A stretch of 57,177 nucleotides of DNA, the filler included, from Sphacelaria rigidula (taxonomy: Eukaryota), in assembly GCA_964200075.2 (NCBI GenBank). It is 8 parts of 8 records of this genome, joined end to end, with 100 filler letters (N's around TTAATTAATTAA, not from the genome) between each part and the next. Parts side by side here need not be neighbours in the genome. Positions count along the whole stretch, not along the records: positions 42,960 to 50,018 come from CAXNAA020016701.1; positions 50,119 to 57,177 come from CAXNAA020016702.1; 6 more parts are not named here. One strand, written 5' to 3'. The notes under the pieces were generated by a model that saw only the letters and a list, made by a program, of their open reading frames with translations, was not told the DNA's origin and searched no databases. Positions 47,401-57,177 of the stretch are shown here, in pieces (the stretch's first letter is position 1; the number at the start of each line of letters is the position of its first letter). The translations under genes were made by a program, and so were the position numbers.

Positions 47401-47779
47401 GGACCGCCCTCTACTGTTAGGGGTCCGAACCGCTGACAAAACATGTAGAAAGTTTCCCCCCGAAAGTGTCCTGGCTCTTCCTGATGGACTAATCAAGCTA
47501 GCCAGTCAGAAACAAAGTATCCGTCGGGTCGGTTCCACGAGAATCCTGGAAGGCCTTCGGCGCAGATCAAACACTCTGCCGCAGGTGCATTGCTCATGGG
47601 CGTACTGATGAATCATTTTGCAAGTAAAGATTGTTCCGATGTAGATACCGACTTTGGGGGTGACTACAGACAAGGATAAATTAAAACAGAGAGTACAACA
47701 ACAGCAGTACAGTGCAGTACGAAAGCTGTGTGGTACAGACAGTACAGTGCAGTGCTATCCCATCCCCCCCCCGCTCTGC

Positions 47780-48530
47780 TTTCCTTCCCTTCTTCGATGG
47801 GCACCACAAATGATCAGATTACACGAAATCTTTGAAAAGCATTGAACCTGTGAGCCTCTACGGCGGGTCACCTGGGTCTTGTATTCATCTTTCAAGTCAA
47901 AATTATGCCAATGCAAAACAGATTTCTCTCCCTGAAGGTGACTGTATGTGGATGGACAAAGCCGAACAAGGCTCAGTGCAGCACAGGACAATGCAGCACG
48001 ATGTAGAACAGAACAGTTCAGGAGAGTGCCATCTTCTCTCCCGCCCCCCCCCCCCGTTCCTTCCCATTGCCCCCATTATCTACGGCCATCACCACGGACC
48101 AGATTACAAAAAACCTTTCGAGAGCGTGAACTCGTCCTGCCCCTAGCTCTGGAATTGAACCCTTGGACCTCGACGGTGGGTAATCTGTATCTTACACCCA
48201 TCTTTCAAGTCAAAATTATGCCAATGCACAACAGATGACTCGCCCTGAAGATGGTTATATAGAGATGGGCAAAGCCGAACAAGGCACAACAGTACAATAC
48301 AGGGCAATGCAGTACAGTCCAGTTCAGCAGAGTGTTGTCTTCTCTCTCTCCCTCCGTGCGTTCCTTCCCACTGCTTCCATTAACTAAAGTTATCACCATG
48401 AACCAGCTTGCAGGAAACCTTTGAAGAATGTGAACTCGTCCTGCCCCCAGCTATGTACGTGAACCGTTGGGCCTTCACGGTGGGCAATCTGGGTCCCGTT
48501 CATATTTCGAGTCAAATCATGCCAAGTCAG
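47780..48530 (+). repeat. Tandem repeat, ~305-310-bp unit, ~2.5 copies
   Basis: catctttcaagtcaaaattatgccaatgca at ~47887 and ~48199, with a degenerate third copy at ~48501. gtgaactcgtcctgcccc at ~48126 and ~48430. Confidence 0.85.
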
Positions 48531-49464
48531 TATGTGTGAACACAACATTGAATCTTCATGGCAGCGCAAAGATTACGTACAGCCGGCAGGCCACATGTTG
48601 CGGTGAAGATGGACTCTGCATAACCAGGAAAGAGAAGAGCACAAGACAATCACCACTATGGTGTCTGTTCACGTACACACTACGCTCCCTTATTTGGGTC
48701 TCCAGAGCGGCTGGGTATACAAGCAGCAACGCTTCTCTGCTATTAACTTGTCGGAGTGCATTACACACGGATATACTTTTACGGAACCAAAAAAGTTACT
48801 CCGGCTCAGACCTCTCCTCCCTTCTTGCCTCCACCATCCCGTCTGCGTCTTTTCTGTTCATTTGCTCCTGTCGGGGCCGGTGATTTGTTGGGGAGAGTCC
48901 ATCGATAGGCCGCCTAAATCAGAGACGATCTCGTCGACCACGAGTGCGATTCGAGCGCTGTTTTTTGCGTTGTGTGCTTCAAATCACAATGCATGTTGTG
49001 ATGACTTCGCTTTCCGGGAACGTCCCACGCTCGACACACCAGGCGGCAAAAACATTTTTTTTTTGCAGAATTTCAGCGAACGCTACAAGAGTTGAGAAGA
49101 AAGGAGGTCATCTTGCAGTGTGTGTCAGGGGTGTGGACGTGTACGTAGCGCCTGAACAGGGAGGACGTGGCTTGAACGCACGATTTGCTCGTTCTAATGA
49201 TGTTGTGCTTAGTCAAGTGCATCCACATGGAAGAAAGGAAGCGAGGATGAGTTGTCTGTGGTCGATAAAACTCCGTCGAACGGCCTGACAAAATTCGGGG
49301 GCTAACATCCCCCCGATTCGCACCCCTGACTGTGGTGCCTTAGTTGGATCCCTGCGGGGTCAGTTAAAGGGCGACAATTGATCGATCAATCGAAATCAAT
49401 CATAATCAATCATAATCAGTCACACACACACACACACACACACACCTTCCCCCCGTGAACGAGG

Positions 49465-50018
49465 GAGAAGCCGGCGTGCTCCGTCCCGGCTTTGTAGGGC
49501 CGGACCCCCGGTGGGGTTGGCGTCGGTTGGCGATGACGCTATAAAACACGCCACTCACTGCGTAAGCTAGGCAACCAGGTTATCGACTTCTTTCGTGCGC
49601 TTGCGTTTTTTTTGCGGTAACCATGATGGTAGTCGAGCTAGATCACGTTGTGCGGCGCGAGAGAACCTCAACTCCGCACAATGGGGATGATCGCAGTACA
49701 TAATGTCTTCATGGTGAGACACCCACGACGCAGCGTATAAGTCATGGCTGTCTGTGGAAGTGGCGATACCAGAAAATGAAGCAACTCATCGGAGCCGGTC
49801 ATCAAAATGCAAGAAACCCAGAAGGTCTCGGGCCGAGCAATCTTAGCAGGATGCACCTCACCCTTGATGTGACTCGCCGAACACACCACGGCGCTTCGCG
49901 CTTGGTGATTGAGTGCGAGCCTTGTCCGGCGCGAGCCTTGTCCGGCGAAAACCCGGCGTGCTCCGTCCCGGCTTTGTAGGGATGCGAGGTCAATGGTCTG
50001 ATGACTATGGCATGACTT
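49465..50018 (+). mobile_element. Near full-length ~580-bp C-run-flanked repeat (cut by contig end)
   Basis: Colinear with 40510-41088; ccggcgtgctccgtcccggctttgtaggg occurs twice (49471 and ~49953). Confidence 0.88.
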
Positions 50019-50238
50019 NNNNNNNNNNNNNNNNNNNNNNNNNNNNNNNNNNNNNNNNNNNNTTAATTAATTAANNNNNNNNNNNNNNNNNNNNNNNNNN
50101 NNNNNNNNNNNNNNNNNNACAAAAAAACAGAGAACCCCCCCCCCCCCCCCCCCGCCCTCCCTCTCTCTCCCCATTCCCCCGATATCGTGTCGCTCGTTTA
50201 TGTAGATATAAATGTCCCGCGTGTGCAGCACACAACAG

Positions 50239-53200
50239 GAAGGTCAGCAAGGAGGAGAAGCGCACGACTTCCTACCACGCCTGGGATCCGCAGTGCTTAG
50301 AGAAGCTCCCGGACATCGTGTCCAGCGAGTTTCCCTTCCTCTCTACCAGGAAATCCGCTGTGCACCTCAGCGTCTTGAATAGGCTGGCAGGGGACTTGCT
50401 GGTTGGGAAGGACTTCGCCGCGACCGCCTCACATCTTTACCAGGTAACTTCATTTCTTGTGATTCCTCTTCATAATTTAACATTCGCATTGATATCGCTC
50501 ATGGGCGGAACGCAGTGCCGAACGGCGCTGGCCAGGCAGTGTGTCTCAGCCTTCATGTTTGCTGTGAAACGGTACGTGTTGCGTTCTTCAAGGTGCGCTC
50601 GGGGAGTCGGGTGTGGGGGGGGTTCTGTACATTTACAACAATTGGGAAAATGTTGCGGTCCAGGATGTTTCAAGCACGTGATTCCGCAGGTGGATTAGAC
50701 CTTACCCGGCACGTGTCAGTCAGTGCATGCATTTGCCTCTCACCTTGTGCGTTACCGTTAATGCCCTGCTGTACTCCCTCATCTGCCAGCTCTTGGGTAT
50801 CCCGGCTCTATGGCAGGTGGTGTTGAGTGCGGGGCTCCGCAGAGTGGGTAAGGATAAGTTGTGGGGTCTTGAGTCAACGCTATCTTGTTACAACTGTCTT
50901 CGGCTTATTCGTGAGGTACACTACAGTGAGACATGCTAATCATGGCCAAAACACCTACGAAATTTTCCCCAAAAGTGTGTAGGATCTTCCTGTCGGAAAA
51001 TCGCACAAGCCAATGAGATGGGAATGATCCAAGTCGATCGGCAATGAACTGAATGGGCCGCCCGGTTGGTTGGGAAAAGAAGCGCAGAAGGTCATCTGCA
51101 CCCATGACACGCACACGTCCCTGCTGCATTGCATCGCCCGTACGGTCTGTTCATTCATTTTCCGTTTAAACTGTGACGATGCAACTCAGATTACCCACGC
51201 TGGAGGTGCCCGTCTGCATAGGTCGAGACAAAGCCGATCGAAAACGCCCAGTACAGTACAGCAGTACCTTGCTTTATATTACAGTACAGTGTTGTCTTCC
51301 TTCTCCCACCCGTTGCGCTCGTTCCGTTTGTCCATGCGTATCACCAAGGATCAGACTCCACGAAAGCCTTCGCATCGTCATCCCTTCCTGCCTCCAGTTG
51401 TAAAAGAAAGTCCTTTGGTTGCGGTGGGCATTCATTTTTGGAGTAAATATTATAGTACGCCCATACAAACACAACTGACCCATCATGAGGTGGCTGCCGT
51501 CTGTGTAAATGGACAAAACCGAAGTGCACCGTGCGGCACAGTACAGTCAGTTCAGTACAGCGCAGTACAGTACAATGTCAGCTTCTCTGTGTTCCCCGCC
51601 GCATTCCTCCTTTCTTCTGTGGGTATCGTCGAGTATCGGATTACTCCTTCGGAGAGCGTCACCTCTTCTCGCTCGCTCTGAAAGTGACGCTTGATCGCCA
51701 GGGCGGTGTCTTCTGTTCATTTTCTTGGTCAACATTTTTATAGACGGTCGCCTCTTCCTACAATAACTAGCTCTATTAAACTCTCCGATTGGGTCATCTG
51801 GGTTTTGCATTCATTTTTCAAGTGAAAAGTCTACCGATACAACATATGAGCGTCACTTCTCTGTGTATTCCCGAGGTATAATCTCAAGTCGCAGCGGACG
51901 GCGGCTGTGGAGGCGGTACGGCGAACATGGCGGTACGAATACAATCAACACCACAGACGAAGAGGAGAGCATGTTTCGGTCACCATGACGTTGTCTGTTC
52001 CAGTACACGCCACATTATTTACCTTGCGTTCGTTGCGCGCTTGTGTACGTACACAAGCGGCGGCGCTTTTCTGAGATGTATATGTCGGAGTGCATCATAC
52101 TTGCACATGCGCACTCACCCAACTAAAGTTACTCCGCGGCCGATTCAGATCTGCCCCCCGACGTCTCCGCCCGAGCTCCTTCTGGCTGTCATTTTTTTCA
52201 CTTGAATTTGTTGAGGACAGTGCGTTGCTCAGGACATACTTCATCGTGAGATGGATGTATTCGGGTGGCTCTCTACTGTTAAGTGCGCGATTCTAGCGCT
52301 GATTGTTGCGTTGGGTGCTCCCAACCCCAATGCATCATACTGCGGTGGCCATTTCAGGGCTCGTCCCGCGGTCAGATCAGTAAGCCGGAAATTGAAAAAA
52401 AAGTTTAGAGGGTATGCCTTCAAAGCAGGAGGACAAGCCCACTGCCACAGGGTGCGTGTGTATGGTTAGCAACAGGATGTAGGGTGTGAAGAGGGAGGGT
52501 GTTGCCTGGACCTGCGATCTACCCGTCAAGAGATTCAATTTTAAAACCAAGTGTATTTGGGCGGAGCATCCCAAGTCAAGAAAGGAAAAGGGGAATTCTT
52601 GTCTATGTTCGTTATGATTTCCTCGAACAGCCCATCCACTTTGTTGCCCCGATTAGCATGTCTAGCAGTCTCTCCTTGTGCAGAGTAGGTCTACAGCACA
52701 TGTCTCACTCACAACCCTCTTGTTTTCTGCCGTGTGTGACATGTACGACACAGGTTTATATCGCCACCTTCGCGGCGGAGAGGGACAAATACAGGGCAGT
52801 CGCGGAAGCTCATCGCCTCGGATGCAGTAGCAGCAGCAGCAGTAGTAACTGTAGCTGCGTCCAGTCGCGGGGAGAGGGGAGCTCCTCGCACGTACAGATA
52901 TCGACACGTCCAGAGGGAGCACCTGCCCCCGCGGCCACGACAGATGAAGACCATTGCTACCGTACCCTGTTTGGCGCCTTCGACGACCCGGTCAAGTACT
53001 CTGGCGCGGCACCAACGGATTCCTACCTGCAGCACGTGTGGCGGATGTGGTTCAAGGATCTGACCCCTCAGAGCGCGAACGGGACCCCATCATGGACACT
53101 AGGGGACTACGAAAGGCGTGTGCAGCACCTCTGGACGGCTTCGCGTCCTTCTACGCATTCTTCGCAGTCGTCCACGTCTCCTTCACCGATGCCAGCGCCA

Positions 53201-53511
53201 CCACCACCGCCGTTGCCCCAGGAAGCGCCGCCACTGCCGCAAATGACGGACAACGCCAAGGCACGGGCTGATTCGCCTTCGCTTTCCGCGCCGCTCCAAT
53301 CGCTAGAGCCGCTGGCAGTTGCGGACCATCAGTTGATGCAGGCACCAGGGTCGCACCTTGAGGACAGCATGTCTACGGTGCTGGCATCATCTTCGCCAAC
53401 GCCGCCGCTGCTCGAAGTACACTTTTCATCGCAGTTCGACGCTAACGCTACCCGAGAGCAGCAGCACCGTGGTCTGTACCGTGAACCGTTCTCGTCGGCA
53501 AAAACCAGCAG
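50239..53511 (+). CDS. Spliced Zisupton/KDZ-transposase-related ORF fragment (DUF6729-like); catalytic core not seen
   Basis: Exons 50239-50443 and 52754-53511 (GT-AG, phase 0): SYHAWDPQCLEKLPDIVSSEFPFLSTRKSAVHLSVLNRLAGDLLVGKDFAATASHLYQ|VYIATFAAERDKY...LFGAFDDPVKYSGAAPTDSYLQHVW. This fits the WD...L..LP.....FP...T.K..V and F..F.D...Y.G..P...YL patterns recalled for this family. Confidence 0.62.
51130..51850 (+). repeat. Diverged copies of the ~305-bp tandem unit seen at 47780-48530
   Basis: Shared gacaaagccga, cagtacag-rich block, gtgttgtcttc, atcacca.gga.caga and gggtca.ctgggt.ttg.attcat.tttcaagt.aaaa. Confidence 0.55.
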
Positions 53512-53837
53512 GTGAGTAGCATGCTTCGAAACTAAGCTGCATGGGATTTTATTCGACGTTTGAATGTTCTCTCGAAGATGAGACAAGGGCAAAGAAAGGA
53601 AATGTGCGATCCCAGTGCAATCTTCCTCTTGAGATGAAGGTCGTGTGTATCAGATATGAAATCACGATGCCATATCGTCGTCTTCGCTGTGCGTCGATCA
53701 ATTTAGCACCACACGAAAACAACACCGATGACGTGTTTTCTCCCTGGTGCCCGTATTGTTTTGGTCCGATGCCCCCGTTCTTGTCGTACCTTCAATGTCG
53801 TGGTGGCACGCATTAAAAATCACAGTTGCCTTCCTCC

Positions 53838-53838
<1 letters not shown>

Positions 53839-53904
<66 letters not shown>

Positions 53905-54040
53905 CGCGCCACCGCACCCCGCCGGCCACGTCCACNNNNNNNNNNCCCCCTTCTTTTGCTCCCTTCCTAACGCGTGTGCGCCCCACTCAAAAACCCCCTT
54001 CCCCTCCCCCCCCCCCCCCCCCCCCCCCCCACCGCCCCAC
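53839..54040 (+). repeat. Long poly(C) tracts (~65 C, then shorter runs) with an internal 10-N gap
   Basis: Directly visible; the length is unreliable in short-read assembly. Confidence 0.9.
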
Positions 54041-57000
54041 ACCGTGCATCCACTCGTCTCGCATGTGCTCATAATGTGACGGGAGTCCAGGTTATGCGGT
54101 CACGAGGACCAACCTCACAGTAATGAAGTCTCCTTGTCATCAAACGGCGTTCTCGAAAACAATGGGACGTTTCATGCCGCGGGCATCTGAAAAGACAAGG
54201 GCTTGCTGTGTAAATATCTCCGGAAGGGTGCTCGGCGTGATGTACAAGCCAAGCTCTCTGTTGTGCGTCTCATCGCATCCCTGGCGCAATGTTTTTAAGG
54301 GGTCGCAGTCGTCACCGAATGCTGAGAAATGTGTGTGTTTCTTTCGGCAAACGGCCTTCATGGTCCAGTGGCTGCGTGTTGGTAAACGAGGAGGGAACCC
54401 CCGATGAACCCCCGATGTCGGGAAGGAGGCCCGATGTTTTAGTCGAGGTGATATTTTCCCGCAATTGACAGACAAATACTGTGGTGACTAGGGTTCACGG
54501 CGCCACTTGATGTGTTGATCCTTGTACAATAGGGAGCACAAGCTCGTATCGCGCTATCATACAGCCTGGAAGTGTCCAGACAAACATTGTTTTGGCGCAC
54601 GTGGGCGTGGAGGCCTGGAGGATGTCGCGTGTATCTTTAAGTAGAGGATGCGTCTTTGAATTTCTTCACTTTGTCTCCATTTCTTGATGTTTGAAGCGGC
54701 TTGCCGATCTTCCAAGTGTACAGTTGTGTTTGTTTCGTATTCATGTGATCATCCTGTATGTGAGTGCTGCAGTTGAGGTGAGCATGCTGCGGAAATATTG
54801 TTCGTGTGAGCGGAAGAAAATTTAGCCTTATTGTTCCCGTGTGCAGTCTGCAGTACAGTGTTCCTTACAGTAGAGGTGAAGAGCGTTTTGTATTTTATTC
54901 GTGCCTTTCGAATCCTCGCCAACCGTCAATTTTGGTGTGGCGAAGCTCCATAACAAGTCTCCACTGCTAACAGTGTTTTCGTGAGATTGAGAGTAGAGGA
55001 GACGATTGGAAGTGAGAAACGGTCACGTAACAAATAAATCGATTCAATTCGGAAATAATCCTCAACGAGTCCCGATACGCTTTCTGTGGTAGCTTGCCAC
55101 AGAAGCCCTTGATATTTCTGAGTAGAATATCGATGTCTAACTCTAAGCACTCGCCAGCGTTATAAGCAAAGAACAACACGCACGGGATTCCAATTTCACG
55201 AAGTGAACTTGGTTTCCGCTACAGGTAGAAATTCGACTAACTGGTTTTTTGCGACTCCGTTTTCGCGCCAGGTTTTTGCGACTTGATTTCTGCGACTTGA
55301 TTCTTGCGACATTTGTTTTGCTAGATTTTTCCACGTGAACACCCCCATCGATTTCGGTTTATTGGGGACACTTTGTCAAACAGAAACCAGACGCATCTTG
55401 CTCCAAGGGGCGCCTGGACAAACAGCAGTTGCTGCTGCCTACCTAGTATCATCCTCCAAATCGAATTCTTGACTTGAAACCCCCAGCGTTTGGTGCCCAT
55501 GTACGAGGATGGTCTACATCCCGTATCATGCTTCAAAACATACTCGACAAGGGGGCAACATCCTCGTACAGACAGTAGCAATACTAGCGGATCCTACGTC
55601 CTGACAGTCTGGCAGTCAGCAGGGTGGTTATGGTACTGTAGTGTCCTTCTAGCGATATCAACTTACCGTTCAGTGGAGCAGAGTTTCCAGGTGAATATTT
55701 CGGCGATTGCCTCACGTGCAGGTCGCCCAGATGTTGCGGAGTTTTTTCTCCGTATCACCGAGTAACATTACATACATTTTACATGTGGAAACGCGCCAGA
55801 CCCTCCGTTACATTATAAGTGGAGATGTACCAGACCCTGCGTTATATATGGAAATGCTTCAACCGTGGACAAGATATTTCTATAGTCAGTACGAACACGA
55901 TGTTGAGAGTGTACACCGCAGAGTCAGTGTGTTGTGTGTGTTGTCGTCCCATCTATTCTGGACGCCGGTCTCCACCTTTCGGTACAGTAGTCAGCGTCAG
56001 AAGCATGCAGAATCCGTAATTTCTTAGTTTCCCAAAGATTTCCCAAAATTGTTTGACTTGCCACCGCTCATCACAATGACTGTTGGATGCCAAAAAATAG
56101 GTATCTGGAGACATTTTGATCCTCTTGAAAATATTTTAAATAAACAATATCCGCGATCAATATGGAGTGACTTACGGGCTTGACCGATCCTCGTGGGTCC
56201 GACGAAAGTGCAACTCCAGGTTCTAGCTTTTCGGTGTTTTCGGTGGACCGACTCGGTCTTGATCATAAAAGTGAAGACTCAAAAAGGGTTATTTTTTTTA
56301 TATCCCACCTAGTCACTGCGCTGCATCGGGAAACCCATGCTTCTTGAACCATTCACGGTCAATAACACCCTCCTGATAAACGGGGTCTTTCCTCCGTATC
56401 GCCCCCACAACACCAACTTGGGCATTGTGATTTGAGCACGGTCTACTTATTTTGCCGACACTATCGATGCTAACACTTTCGAGTGCTCATGAAAAATGTT
56501 ATGAGAAGAAAAACCGAAAAGAGGTCATCCGCAGAAAATGCTGGACTGAGTTCTGTGCAATATAGGAAGGAAACACGATCTCGATCGTTGTTGTGAAGAA
56601 TTGTATACGTCTTCATTCATCTGAATATTTACCGTTTCGCTGCGGAAAAACCGGAAAACCGTTTCTATTAAACCAAAAATGGTCAATAACACCCTCCTGG
56701 TAAAAGGGGTATCTAGTCCGTATAGCCCAAAAACACCAACTTGGGCACTGCAGTTTGAGCGCGGCCTTCGCTTTCCCCCTTAATCTACCGGTGCTAGCAA
56801 TTTCAAGGAGTAACGAAGAACAGTACTCGAGAAAAACTCATAAACTACAACAACTACGAATTCTGAAAACTTCTGATGCTGACGTATATATGTGGGCGCA
56901 CCAGCCGGGGCTGTGTTACCATACAGCTTGGCACGAGATACAGGCAGCCATTACAGCGCCGCAGGCGGCCTTTTACTCCTGTGTGCGCCACCCGGGGGCA

Positions 57001-57177
57001 AACGCACGCCGTAGCTGCAACACGGACAGCTTTACAAGATGCTACGTAGCAAAAAAGCGCGTAGCGAGGCGTGATATCCTGCGTATACGTTGACCGCGAT
57101 ACAAGCGGCTGCATTCAACAGTGTTTTCGTGAGATTGAGAGTAGATGATACGATTGAGAGTGAAAAGCGGTCAATCA

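Noticed and set aside
53698-54079. Poly-Pro/poly-Gly ORFs (also 6714-7037 and the 17131-17635 His-Thr repeats)
   Set aside because: Translations of homopolymer or microsatellite tracts.
54140-54740. Minus-strand ORF fragments, possibly TE or dioxygenase-like
   Set aside because: All frames are interrupted and there is no motif I can identify with confidence.
1-57177. Functional gene cluster (epimerase, NatA, STRAP, carrier, bL19)
   Set aside because: Each gene lies on a separate, length-sorted contig; the neighbourhood is artificial.

Overview
Intron- and repeat-rich eukaryotic nuclear DNA, most likely from a brown alga (Phaeophyceae), judged from an alginate mannuronan C5-epimerase gene and from GT-AG exons separated by 1-4 kb repeat-laden introns. 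The window is not a contiguous locus. It consists of eight contigs of 7061, 7060, 7060, 7060, 7059, 7059, 7059 and 7059 bp, i.e. size-sorted, joined by artificial 100-bp N44-TTAATTAATTAA-N44 spacers, so adjacency across spacers carries no meaning. Partial spliced genes reconstructed by hand: mannuronan C5-epimerase (-), NAA15 3' end (+), a bifunctional-nuclease-like protein with a UVR-like tail (-), STRAP/WD40 (+), a 4-EF-hand mitochondrial carrier N-terminus (-), organellar bL19 (-), and a Zisupton/DUF6729-like transposase-related ORF (+). Introns carry a tRNA-derived SINE, LINE 3' remnants, several MITE-like elements and unclassified dispersed repeats. The most interesting signal is a LINE remnant and a ~580-bp non-coding repeat that share a ~65-70 nt 3' tail and are repeatedly bounded by oligo-C runs. 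This suggests a LINE/SINE-like pair that targets, or tails with, poly(C). All family assignments come from motif recognition by eye; no database search was run.
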